A stretch of DNA of 64,000 nt from a virus (lineage: Duplodnaviria > Heunggongvirae > Uroviricota > Caudoviricetes). The notes beneath the pieces are model-generated. The model searched no databases. It was given only the letters and a program-made list of their open reading frames with translations, and had not been told where the DNA came from. The DNA lies in IMG/VR virus record IMGVR_UViG_3300027963_000034, positions 32,001-96,000 of that record; one strand, 5' to 3'. A program made the position numbers and the translations under genes. Positions 38,337 to 47,669 of this stretch are shown piece by piece (positions within the stretch are counted from its first letter, which is position 1; every line of letters starts with the position of its first letter).

Positions 38337-40179
38337 ACGCACCTCCAGCACAAGCTACTTCTCCTGATAAATCGGTGTTATCTTCAAGTTCAATAACTTT
38401 ACTTAAGTCAACATCATTTAATGTTTTCATTAGTTCATCATACTTTTCTTTTGTACAATCTTCAAATGGTGCTTGAATGTAAGTTCCACCGTCGTAAGGT
38501 AATACCGAAAGTCCGTTGTAATATTCTTTATTTTCCCACATCCACGCGCCAACTGCATCCCATTCATGTTCTCTAATAGAAATAGTTGCAGATACATTAT
38601 GAGAGTTATTTCCAGTTCTATGACCTGGTTTAATCCATTCACCATGTACTCTTTTAACTCTTTCCAATAATTGGATAGGTGATTCGGTTCTAAAAATTGC
38701 GTTATCTGGTGCTTTTTGTGGAATACCAATTACTGCCGTATCATGTGGTCTAAAATATTCATCTTCTACTAATTCTGGATGATTTAATAATAAGTGAGAA
38801 TATATTGATTCATTTTTACCAACTCTAACTCTTCTAATATAAAAATCATTATGCCAAGCGTGAATACCACTACTAGTCCCCAATGTTAAAGATGTAGTTC
38901 CAGCTGGTTTAACTGTCGTAGTTCTTGCGGAATGGTTAATTCCCATTATATCCGCTAATCTTTTATTTTCTTCTTTAACTACCTTTGCTGCATCTTTCAT
39001 ATTTAATTTCAATACTGCGCCGCTTCCGATGCCTGTCATAGATACACCAATAAGTGCATCCTTTTCAGTTGTTCTTTGCCAGATTGGACGAAGGTAATGG
39101 AAATCGGTATAACCTGCTTGTAATGTTCCGATGAATGATGCTGCTTTAACTCTTGCATTCAAATCATCCTGGTCAACTACATCACTTACATTCACTTCAC
39201 ATAAGTTACAAAATTGGAAAGGTCTTAATGCAATCTCACAACAAGGATTAGTTCCCCAATCTTTATCATTTGATAAATAGATACCAGGTTCACCTGCACC
39301 ACTTGCTTCAATTCGTTTCCAAAGGTCTAAAAAATATGTTTTTGTAATTTTATGTCTCATCAAAACTGCTGAATTATTTGCTCTACCTCTTTGTGGATTT
39401 GTTTCCCACCATGCACCACTCTTACAACTAATCATTTGTTCGTCATTTGCAGAGAACAATGAAATTAATGCAGCTCTACGGATACCACCTGCTAATACTG
39501 CATCTGCAATATGACAAATGATATCATGCACTTCAATCGGTTTTAATTTATCACCGTCTTTGTGTGAATCAAATATACCTTCAATCTTAATCAAGCATTC
39601 TTTTAATGGTTGAGGTCCTGGTGCTTTACCACCTGATGTAATCAATCTTGCACCCTTTGCTCTAATATCTCTAAAATCAAATTGAGGTTTGCTCCCGCCA
39701 AAGAAATACGCTTTAATCAATACCGAAACTGCATCAGCCCATCCTTCGATAGAATCTCCAATAAGGAATCTTCTTGTTTTATCTGGATTTGGTTTTCTAA
39801 TTTCAGGAAGTGCATCAACGTGATGTTTTTGTACTGAATAACCAACACCTGTTCCGCCTAAAAGTAAGAACATGATTTCAGAGAATACTCTCCAATCATC
39901 GGCAGGTGCAAATGCACAATTGTAAATTCTATTTGGACTAATTTCAATTGGTTTACCTGCAAACTGCATTGAACGCATTGATGGTAATACCTTTTTATCA
40001 TATACAAATTTATAATTCTCTCTAATTTCTTCTTCTAATTGTGGGTACTTTTTAATATGCATATCCATATTACGGGTAACCAACTCTTCCCATGTTTCTC
40101 TTCTTTTTAATTCCGGCCTGAATTTCGCGTACTTCATATAGACCGTAATGTCAGATAAAATTCTTTGTGAAATGTCCAT
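38323..40179 (-). CDS. nrdJ: Class II (adenosylcobalamin-dependent) ribonucleotide reductase
   Basis: KYA...RRETW.E, YNC, TNPCCEI, FCNL, TVKPAGT, C-terminal ACAGGACE; no small subunit nearby. Confidence 0.9.
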   Translation of the reverse strand: MDISQRILSDITVYMKYAKFRPELKRRETWEELVTRNMDMHIKKYPQLEEEIRENYKFVYDKKVLPSMRSMQFAGKPIEISPNRIYNCAFAPADDWRVFSEIMFLLLGGTGVGYSVQKHHVDALPEIRKPNPDKTRRFLIGDSIEGWADAVSVLIKAYFFGGSKPQFDFRDIRAKGARLITSGGKAPGPQPLKECLIKIEGIFDSHKDGDKLKPIEVHDIICHIADAVLAGGIRRAALISLFSANDEQMISCKSGAWWETNPQRGRANNSAVLMRHKITKTYFLDLWKRIEASGAGEPGIYLSNDKDWGTNPCCEIALRPFQFCNLCEVNVSDVVDQDDLNARVKAASFIGTLQAGYTDFHYLRPIWQRTTEKDALIGVSMTGIGSGAVLKLNMKDAAKVVKEENKRLADIMGINHSARTTTVKPAGTTSLTLGTSSGIHAWHNDFYIRRVRVGKNESIYSHLLLNHPELVEDEYFRPHDTAVIGIPQKAPDNAIFRTESPIQLLERVKRVHGEWIKPGHRTGNNSHNVSATISIREHEWDAVGAWMWENKEYYNGLSVLPYDGGTYIQAPFEDCTKEKYDELMKTLNDVDLSKVIELEDNTDLSGEVACAGGACEVK

Positions 40180-40343
40180 TGTTTTGTGTAAATTTTTAAT
40201 TTTTGTGAATAAATATTTTCCCTAAAAAAGTGGGAAATGTAAAGATATATATGGAGTCTACCCCCATTATGCTTCAATTTCTTTAGTTAATTTTAGGTTT
40301 TTTTTAAAAATATTTATTAACACTTTTTTTATTTTTTTAATAC

Positions 40344-41702
40344 TTATCCCATATTCTCTACATACTTCTTATGTAGTAATTTTTTCTCTAATCCTTCTCC
40401 ATTTTTACTATCTCTAGTTGATGCCATACCATCTATTGATGTCGCTGCAAACACATCCATTGTACCTGTAAATGTATCAATTTTTGCAGGGAATGTTAAA
40501 CCATCAGGACCAAATCTATTTTTAACGATGTGAATACGGCCTGTGTTTGATAATTTATCTTTAGTCTTTCTACTCACACTCATAATGAAATCTGCAGTTT
40601 GTACTTTCTTATATGAATCACCTACCGAATCCGCTCCAATAACTTCGTGGTCTATTGCTGCTCTATTCGTTTGTGTTGCTGTCCAAACCGGGATAAGTGT
40701 TTCACCACTCAAACCTCTTAACTCCTCATATATCCCACCTAATTCAGCATAAAGACCATCCCTGTTGCCATTTCCACTCTTTAATAAATCCGCGTAATCA
40801 ATAATGATAAGTTTTGGTTTAAATCCGGTTTGTTTTATCTTTTCAATATGAGCTGCAATTGTTTTAGCAGATGCAAATTGTGGTGGATAATACTTAATAC
40901 GAACTCTACCTGGAACTTGCTTTACCTTTCTGATAATCTCATCCTTTCTATCTTTTTGGTCAGTTGTTGGGATACCTGTTAAGATTGTAATGTATCTTTG
41001 TCCTACATAACTTTCTGATAATTCCAATGTATAATGTAATACATCAATACCTCTTTCCAATGCAGAACAAGCTATTTTAGATAAGAACCAACTTTTACCG
41101 ATACCCGATGGAGCCATTACTACTCCCAATTCACCGGGGCCTAAACCGCCATCCATTAATTCATCAATTACTTTCCATCCAGTAGGACAAGAATCTCTTT
41201 TAACATTTTCTAATATAGTTTCAAAATTTTCAATAAAATCCAAACCTAAATCAGATTCAACACCCACTTTGGATGCCTTCATCATTGTATCTATAATTTG
41301 TTCGTATTGTCCGTTTTTAAGTAAGTCTACCGATTTGAATAATGCTTCTTTAACCTTTTGGTTTTTACAAAATGTTAAATACTCCTTTTTTACATACGGC
41401 ATATCTTCTGCACCAACCTGTAAATAAACATTCTTTAATTGTTCTACTACCGTCTGTTTTAATCCCTTATCCTCTATTCCCCCAACTTTAATTTTAAACA
41501 CTTCCATTGTAGGAACTGCTCTATACTCATCAAAGTAATGTTGGACTTCACCTATAATCCATTGGTTTGCTTGAGATTCAAAAAATGCAGGTTTTGTAAT
41601 TTCACCGACTTGTTCTAAAAATTTAACATCCGTGATAAGTGCAGCTACAACTTTAGATTGATAACTCTGGCCATATTTGACGAGTGTATCTACTTCTTGC
41701 AT
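40344..41702 (-). CDS. Replicative helicase (gp41/DnaB-like)
   Basis: GGL..GEL, APSGIGKS, TLEL, IIDYAD, TATQ.NR, KNRFG. Confidence 0.95.
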   Translation of the reverse strand: MQEVDTLVKYGQSYQSKVVAALITDVKFLEQVGEITKPAFFESQANQWIIGEVQHYFDEYRAVPTMEVFKIKVGGIEDKGLKQTVVEQLKNVYLQVGAEDMPYVKKEYLTFCKNQKVKEALFKSVDLLKNGQYEQIIDTMMKASKVGVESDLGLDFIENFETILENVKRDSCPTGWKVIDELMDGGLGPGELGVVMAPSGIGKSWFLSKIACSALERGIDVLHYTLELSESYVGQRYITILTGIPTTDQKDRKDEIIRKVKQVPGRVRIKYYPPQFASAKTIAAHIEKIKQTGFKPKLIIIDYADLLKSGNGNRDGLYAELGGIYEELRGLSGETLIPVWTATQTNRAAIDHEVIGADSVGDSYKKVQTADFIMSVSRKTKDKLSNTGRIHIVKNRFGPDGLTFPAKIDTFTGTMDVFAATSIDGMASTRDSKNGEGLEKKLLHKKYVENMG

Positions 41703-41911
41703 TACTTATCTTTTTTCTTTTTGCTTAATTGTTTTTCTGCGATTGTTTTTTCTTGTACTTCTACAACTATTTCTACTTCTTTTTTAGCAGGCCTTCTATC
41801 TGCTTTCCACTCACTTTTTGGAATAAACTTCCATTCACTTGTTGCGTTGTAAGCTTCTTTATCACTTACTCTAATAATGTTTCCTGTTTTTGTACTTTTA
41901 AGACACTTCAT
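41702..41911 (-). CDS. Hypothetical basic protein
   Basis: TG.IIRV...A......W....KSEWK; TAATG-coupled to the helicase gene. Confidence 0.65.
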   Translation of the reverse strand: MKCLKSTKTGNIIRVSDKEAYNATSEWKFIPKSEWKADRRPAKKEVEIVVEVQEKTIAEKQLSKKKKDK

Positions 41912-41933
41912 TGTTGACCTCCATGTTTTTATG

Positions 41934-42260
41934 TTATCTAATAACCATTAATAATTCTGATTCTCTTAATAGAAGGTATTTATTACCACCTACTTTAATT
42001 TCTACTCCCTGATGATATGGTGGAAGAATTACCTCATCACCTACTTTTACACTCATTGGAATTGCTACACCAGCTTGTGTGAATAATCCATCACCAACTG
42101 CTTCTACTTTTGCTCTTTTTACATCTTCTGATTTTGCACTATCCGGAATAATAATTCCATATGCAGTTGTTGAAGCTTCTGCTTCGATTTCCGTTAGAAG
42201 AACTCTATCTCCTAGTGGTTTTGCTAACTTGTCTGCCACGCTTTCTGTTACTTTTGCCAT
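41934..42260 (-). CDS. groES: Co-chaperonin GroES
   Basis: KPLGDRVL, GIIIPD, AVG.G, VKVGD, LLRESE. Confidence 0.93.
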   Translation of the reverse strand: MAKVTESVADKLAKPLGDRVLLTEIEAEASTTAYGIIIPDSAKSEDVKRAKVEAVGDGLFTQAGVAIPMSVKVGDEVILPPYHQGVEIKVGGNKYLLLRESELLMVIR

Positions 42261-42267
42261 AACTTTT

Positions 42268-43326
42268 TTAAAATTTATTTATATGTGAAAATGTTGATTG
42301 TAACCAATCATTTATATCTTTAAACCCATCTAAAACTCCATTTTTTAAACTCGTTTTTAAGAAACTTTGTTTATCAAACTTTGCAGTTGGTTCGTTATAT
42401 CTATCCATAATTTTCATTCGAAGATTACCACTAAATGTTGGTTCTGCTAACTGCATCAATTTACGATTTCTTTCGCAAATTTCCAAATTATTTAAGAATA
42501 ATTCATGTGCTTTTGATTTTTTAGGTAATGTATTTACATAATTAACCATATCGGTAGTATCAACTAATTGGTGTTCTACTAACATTGGAAATGCTTTTAT
42601 AATTGATTTAATACCTAACCCGTTAATACCTGCAACATTGTCGGATTTATCTCCGTCAATCATTCTGAAATTTATAAAATTATGTGGATGAATACCAAAT
42701 TCCTCAACTACTTCTGGAATATTATATATTTTCTTCTTTGATGGTGAATATACACTTACATCTTTATTTACTAATTGAAGAAAATCCTTATCAGAGCTCA
42801 TTATTACAACCTTTTCGTTTTCTTGTCGTAGGGTTGTAGCAATATAAGCCATAACATCGTCTGCTTCAATTCCATCATAAATCATAATGGAAACGGGTAA
42901 TGATGAAAGTAGTTCACCCAATGCAGACATTTGTCTTTTCATTGAGGCACTCTCTTCTTCTGGATTCATTTCAATAGTTGCAGCTCGATTCAATCTCATT
43001 TTGATTTTGTTCTTACCTCTCTCCGATTTGTAACCAGAATATATGTCTTGTCTGCTTTTGTTTCCACCCTTACCATCGAATACTATTACAACTCGTGTTG
43101 GGTTAATTGTACGGATTGCAAAGCCGATACTTTTTAAAGTACCGACTATGCCTCCAATATGGTCACCATTATCGTTAAGATTTGGTGCTGTTGACCAAGA
43201 ACGAATGAAGGTATTAAGACCATCAATAACTAAAGTTTTTGAATTTCTTTGCAAATCTCCAAATCCTTTATGTTCTTCATCTATTTGTTTTAGTATATCT
43301 AAATACTTCTTATTAATCTGACTCAT
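42268..43326 (-). CDS. 5'-3' exonuclease / RNase H (T4 Rnh/FEN-like)
   Basis: IDG.N, VFDG, YK..R, EADD, SSDKD, GDKSDN..G. Confidence 0.93.
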   Translation of the reverse strand: MSQINKKYLDILKQIDEEHKGFGDLQRNSKTLVIDGLNTFIRSWSTAPNLNDNGDHIGGIVGTLKSIGFAIRTINPTRVVIVFDGKGGNKSRQDIYSGYKSERGKNKIKMRLNRAATIEMNPEEESASMKRQMSALGELLSSLPVSIMIYDGIEADDVMAYIATTLRQENEKVVIMSSDKDFLQLVNKDVSVYSPSKKKIYNIPEVVEEFGIHPHNFINFRMIDGDKSDNVAGINGLGIKSIIKAFPMLVEHQLVDTTDMVNYVNTLPKKSKAHELFLNNLEICERNRKLMQLAEPTFSGNLRMKIMDRYNEPTAKFDKQSFLKTSLKNGVLDGFKDINDWLQSTFSHINKF

Positions 43327-44419
43327 TTGCTTCGTCCGTTGTTACTTCAACTTCATCCGAATTGGAATTGTTCTTGTATAATAATATTGTTGCCTCACAA
43401 ATCCTTACATAGATTTGGTCTTTTAGTTCTTGATTTTCAAGCATCTTTGGAAAATCCTTTGATTGAAACTTCATAACTTCGCCACTATCAATGTCGATGT
43501 ATTCATACCAAGCTCCTGCTTGCTTTACAATTTTGGCGTCTTTCATTACTGCTAACCATCCACCATAATTGTCAATACCTCTATCAAAGAAAATGTCAAA
43601 GTCTGCATGTCGTAATGGTGGGCCCATTCGGTTTTTAATAACCTGACAACGAACTTTGATACCTACGATTCTATCACCGGCTTTAAGTTGGCCCATATTC
43701 TTTAATCTCAATCTAACCGAAGCATGAAATGCAAGTGCTTTACCACCGGATGTTGTCCAAGGGTCACCGAACATTGCGTTCATTTTCTGTCTTAATTGAT
43801 TTGTGAATACTAATGCAATTGATTGACGACCAATCATATTGGTAATCTTTCTCATTGCTTTTGAAATGATAATTGCCTTATCAGTTGCGTAACCATCTTT
43901 ATCGTAATCGGCTTCCATCTCTTTCTTTGAAGATGCTGCTGCTACTGAATCGACTACAATTGTAACTAATCTATCTTTGTCTCCTGTTCTAACCTTTTCA
44001 ATAATTGTTTCACATGCTTCAAAAATACCTTCGACGGTGTCAACTGAAACATATAATAGTTTTGAAATATCTACTCCGATTGCTTCTAAATATTCTCTAC
44101 TTACCGCAGTTTCGGTATCAATCAATACGGCTACTCCACCTTTACGTTGTGTTTCCGCAAGAATATGAGCGGAGAGCAGAGATTTTCCACTCTGCTCTAA
44201 ACCCGTAATCTCACATATACGTCCAACCGGGAAGCCACCATAAGGTCTATTAGAGATTGCAACATCCAACATAGCATTACCAGTTGAAATCCAATCTTTA
44301 ACATTGGTAGGAGCATCACCACCTTCATCAGTTAGAAAGTAGGCAATCTTACCATCCTTATTTTGTTTGTTTAATGAATCAGCAAGAATACTTGCTAAAT
44401 CCTCTTCTCTTTTGGCCAT
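43313..44419 (-). CDS. recA: RecA/UvsX recombinase
   Basis: ISTG...LD, G.EQSGKS, IDTE, VDSVAA, FTNQLR, TSGGKAL, KNR. Confidence 0.95.
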   Translation of the reverse strand: MAKREEDLASILADSLNKQNKDGKIAYFLTDEGGDAPTNVKDWISTGNAMLDVAISNRPYGGFPVGRICEITGLEQSGKSLLSAHILAETQRKGGVAVLIDTETAVSREYLEAIGVDISKLLYVSVDTVEGIFEACETIIEKVRTGDKDRLVTIVVDSVAAASSKKEMEADYDKDGYATDKAIIISKAMRKITNMIGRQSIALVFTNQLRQKMNAMFGDPWTTSGGKALAFHASVRLRLKNMGQLKAGDRIVGIKVRCQVIKNRMGPPLRHADFDIFFDRGIDNYGGWLAVMKDAKIVKQAGAWYEYIDIDSGEVMKFQSKDFPKMLENQELKDQIYVRICEATILLYKNNSNSDEVEVTTDEANESD

Positions 44420-44432
44420 TGTAACCTAATTA

Positions 44433-45281
44433 TTAATTGTTAAATAAATCATCAAATGCTGATGCTACATCATCCTTTGCTTTTGGAGCTTCATCCTTTT
44501 CCCAAGGTAAGTCACCAATTTCCTGAGTACCACCTAAATCAGTTGATACCGATGATTGCTTTTGTGCAACTGGTTGTGCTTTTGGTTTCGGTGCTTCTAA
44601 TTCTTCAACAATATCATCGCTTCCAATTGCTGCTGATGGGTTTAACCAATTTTCTAAAACTGACTTTAATTCTGCGTAAGATAACTCCTGATATAATTCA
44701 GTAATTTCTTTTTGACCATCTAACAATTGTTGGATAGCTTCTGGAGAATCTGCTAATTTAGATGTTGCAGGTTTAACTCTGATTGTTGTTGTTGGATAAG
44801 ATGCGTTAGACTCTTCTGCTGACATTACTTCCAATACGATATCTCTACCTGTGTTTGGGTCTGTAATATCTCCGTAATCAGGGTCTGCAATATATCCTAA
44901 AATATCTTGATAAACTGTCTTACCGAATCCCCAGAATTTTACTCCTTCCGATTCTTTACCTCTTACTATAACTGGTACAAAAGTTCTTAACTTTGGTTCC
45001 ATTTTCTTACCTGCTTTCCAATCATCGGTATCACCTGTTCTTTTAAGTTTTTCTGCAAACTCAACGATAGGGTCAGGTCTACCAAATGACATAGGACTCA
45101 AATAAGTTTTGTTGTTAATGTTGTAGTGAAAGTAAAGTTCAATGAAAGGAATGTCTTTGTTGAACTTGTAAGGAACGATTCTCACTTGAGATTTTCCGTT
45201 AGCCGGTTTGTAGATTGAATCCGACTTTTTAGTGTTGTTTTGTAAAGAGCTAAATCTCTTTAATGCCAATGAAATGTCCAT
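44433..45281 (-). CDS. Single-stranded DNA-binding protein (gp32-like)
   Basis: VRIVP, FHY, DPI, FWGFGK.VY, DITD...GRD, acidic FDDLF tail. Confidence 0.88.
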   Translation of the reverse strand: MDISLALKRFSSLQNNTKKSDSIYKPANGKSQVRIVPYKFNKDIPFIELYFHYNINNKTYLSPMSFGRPDPIVEFAEKLKRTGDTDDWKAGKKMEPKLRTFVPVIVRGKESEGVKFWGFGKTVYQDILGYIADPDYGDITDPNTGRDIVLEVMSAEESNASYPTTTIRVKPATSKLADSPEAIQQLLDGQKEITELYQELSYAELKSVLENWLNPSAAIGSDDIVEELEAPKPKAQPVAQKQSSVSTDLGGTQEIGDLPWEKDEAPKAKDDVASAFDDLFNN

Positions 45282-45380
45282 TGTTTTTTTGTTTTTAAGG
45301 TTTAAAATTTGTTTTTAAAGTTGAGGTTTATATCGCGATATTCCTATATCTAAATATAACTTTTTCATCTTTTATTACTA

Positions 45381-45412
45381 TAAATATACAACTATTTTTC
45401 CACTTTTCCAAA
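45381..45412 (-). promoter_or_regulatory. Bacteroidota-type promoter upstream of ssb
   Basis: TTTG-N20-TATATTTA. Confidence 0.65.
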
Positions 45413-45413
45413 T

Positions 45414-45638
45414 TTATTTTTGGAGGTTTTCTACCTTGCGATTTAGATAAAATATAGCTTTTTTTAAGTCTTCCAGTTCTTTTTTGGGGTCTTTTTTACC
45501 TGCTCTTGCCACATATTTAACGACATTGAACAAATATGCATCTTTATCCAATCCCCATGCTTCGCATACTTTAATTACTTCGTATGGATTGTCTACTCCC
45601 CCATAATGTTGAGGGCCGTTAACCATTTCTGCTGCCAT
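45414..45638 (-). CDS. DUF3310-like protein (putative nucleotide kinase family)
   Basis: VN.P.HY, NVVKY..RAGKK, EDLKKA.FYL. Confidence 0.85.
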   Translation of the reverse strand: MAAEMVNGPQHYGGVDNPYEVIKVCEAWGLDKDAYLFNVVKYVARAGKKDPKKELEDLKKAIFYLNRKVENLQK

Positions 45639-46303
45639 TATATTAAATCTTTTATACTACTATTTAAATTTGAAGGTCCTTCAATTCTTTGTAAAATTAC
45701 AATTGAGCCAACATTTCCTCTAATATTACTATATGAATAAAATCTATATTCATCATGATTTTTTAAAAATTCAAAAACTGCTAATTGCATATCTTTTAAC
45801 ATATAAAAATCATCAACCATTATAAATTTTGGTTTCATTTGAGCGGTGATTTTCATTTCATTATAAAGGTACTCAAATGTATGTGTACTATCTAGCCAAA
45901 TTAAATCCCATTCAATATTAGCCTGTTTACATTCGTTCAAATGTTCTAAACTATGTATATTTCTATAAATAACTTTATTATCATCATAATAATCATTTAT
46001 AAATCCAACACATCTTGCAGAGTGGTTATCTTGATGGTTATCACAAGTGTATAATCTAAAATCATCTAAACTTTCATAACAAGTATAACTAAATGAACCA
46101 TAGTTTGTTCCTGTTTCTAAAATGTTATATGGTTTAACTTCCATCAAAAATTCTCTAATAAAAACATTACCTCTTTTTGAATTTTCTAAATCACCTTCGG
46201 TATATCCATCTATACTACCAGCGTTACCACCCCATCCCATCCTATTATTAAGTGATTCGTTTATTAAAAAATCATAAACAGGTCCTTGAAATATATTTTT
46301 CAT
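45638..46303 (-). CDS. Class I SAM-dependent methyltransferase-like
   Basis: ILETGTNYGSFS, D..WLDS.H, VDD; start moved to ATG 46303. Confidence 0.7.
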   Translation of the reverse strand: MKNIFQGPVYDFLINESLNNRMGWGGNAGSIDGYTEGDLENSKRGNVFIREFLMEVKPYNILETGTNYGSFSYTCYESLDDFRLYTCDNHQDNHSARCVGFINDYYDDNKVIYRNIHSLEHLNECKQANIEWDLIWLDSTHTFEYLYNEMKITAQMKPKFIMVDDFYMLKDMQLAVFEFLKNHDEYRFYSYSNIRGNVGSIVILQRIEGPSNLNSSIKDLI

Positions 46304-46308
46304 ATTAT

Positions 46309-46611
46309 TTATTTTTTCCATATTTGATACCATTTTTTCTTTTTAACATCTGGTTTAGCAAATGGTTGGGTATTATCCCATACATTCACTATGCCACCAT
46401 ATCTAACCATCATCATTTGACAAAATAGCTGATGATATTCGGGTGGTATTTTATCAAAGTCAGCTTTAATTGATATATCCAAATTTACACTTTTGCCATC
46501 TTCAACCAATAATTTTAGTTGGTCTCTCATTTCAATAATCGTACTAGATTTCATTGTTAGATAACTTGTATCCCCAATGTAATATTCTCCTTCTTTTTGT
46601 TTTGGTGCCAT
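46309..46611 (-). CDS. Hypothetical protein
   Basis: Co-oriented ORF; KKKWYQIWK terminus. Confidence 0.6.
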   Translation of the reverse strand: MAPKQKEGEYYIGDTSYLTMKSSTIIEMRDQLKLLVEDGKSVNLDISIKADFDKIPPEYHQLFCQMMMVRYGGIVNVWDNTQPFAKPDVKKKKWYQIWKK

Positions 46612-46614
46612 AAC

Positions 46615-46920
46615 TTATTTTTTATTATTCCAATACATTTCTCTAACTTTTGCTCCTAATTCGGAATCATTAGGTGTATCTAATATTGTTCTACCTTCTA
46701 TTGTTATTAAATTTCTATTTTCTCCTATATAACATTCTCTACATAATTGACCAGCTCCCTCTACATACCCATATCTAAAATCAATATGAGTAGTTTTTAA
46801 TGTAGTAGTTTCTCCACCACACATAACACAGGTTTCATAAAGGTTATTTGTTTTTTCTTTTCCTACTGATGTAACTAATCCATTTTCATCAATTGTAAGT
46901 GGTACATGGTGCTCTCCCAT
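46615..46920 (-). CDS. Small Zn-finger protein
   Basis: CVMCG...HID.R..YVEGAGQLCRECY. Confidence 0.65.
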   Translation of the reverse strand: MGEHHVPLTIDENGLVTSVGKEKTNNLYETCVMCGGETTTLKTTHIDFRYGYVEGAGQLCRECYIGENRNLITIEGRTILDTPNDSELGAKVREMYWNNKK

Positions 46921-46923
46921 AAT

Positions 46924-47238
46924 TTATTCTTTTATTGTTTCTAATTTATTTTTTAATTTTAAGACTAATGCGCAAGTTTCATACTCTTCAAAATCAATTA
47001 GTGTTTGTAGATTTTCGTCTAATAAATCGGTAAATTCTCTACTATCAATAGATAATGTAATAACAAGTATCTCTTTAATTATTACTTGTGCAAAATCAAC
47101 TCTTTTCTTTTTGTATTTAATACCATAATCAATACCTTGAATTATAGCTTTAGATATTTGCATCCTATGTGATTGGAATACATCATTCGGTTCTTCCGCA
47201 AATATTTGTATTGGTTCAAATTTTCTTTTTCTTCCCAT
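46924..47238 (-). CDS. Hypothetical protein with UVR-like C-terminal helix
   Basis: L......EEYE.CA.V..L motif. Confidence 0.6.
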   Translation of the reverse strand: MGRKRKFEPIQIFAEEPNDVFQSHRMQISKAIIQGIDYGIKYKKKRVDFAQVIIKEILVITLSIDSREFTDLLDENLQTLIDFEEYETCALVLKLKNKLETIKE

Positions 47239-47242
47239 AAAT

Positions 47243-47274
47243 CAAATATAGGAAAAATAATTTAATTCTCCAAA
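47243..47274 (-). promoter_or_regulatory. Consensus Bacteroidota -33/-7 promoter
   Basis: TTTG-N20-TATATTTG (exact TAnnTTTG), 4 nt before the ATG. Confidence 0.75.
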
Positions 47275-47669
47275 TTTTGAGTATTAAAAGATTTTAATAC
47301 TTTTGTTGGAATTTTTTTGTAGCCGGTATTGGATGTAGTTAGAATACAATTTCTAAATTCTTCCCAATCAATCATATAAGAATTATCCAACATACCACCT
47401 GTTTTTGACTTAACTACTTCATTTAAAGCGTTAATAGTGTATATTGAATTAGATTGTTTCTTTCTATGTACTAAAATAGTTTTCCATTCGGAAGGGATTG
47501 CATTAGAACCCTTTTCAACATTAAAAGTAATAAATGCTTCTTCAGGTCTTATTTTACTTTCTAAAATAAAAACATTTGGATTGGTCAGAGTATAGTTTGT
47601 TAATATAAAATTAACTGATTTATCTAACTCATCCTTTGTCGTAAATAGGCAAAGTAGTTGTGTGTTCAT
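47262..47669 (-). CDS. Phage hypothetical protein
   Basis: QLLC.F, TILVHRKK..N..YTINALN. Confidence 0.65.
   Translation of the reverse strand: MNTQLLCLFTTKDELDKSVNFILTNYTLTNPNVFILESKIRPEEAFITFNVEKGSNAIPSEWKTILVHRKKQSNSIYTINALNEVVKSKTGGMLDNSYMIDWEEFRNCILTTSNTGYKKIPTKVLKSFNTQNLEN

Noticed and set aside
40180-40343. Cobalamin riboswitch, NrdR box or replication origin upstream of nrdJ
   Set aside because: The region is very AT-rich with only small hairpins; I see no B12-box, convincing NrdR palindrome or iterons.
28540-44419. Inteins or group I introns in polB, nrdJ, helicase, recA
   Set aside because: Protein lengths are normal and the motifs are contiguous.
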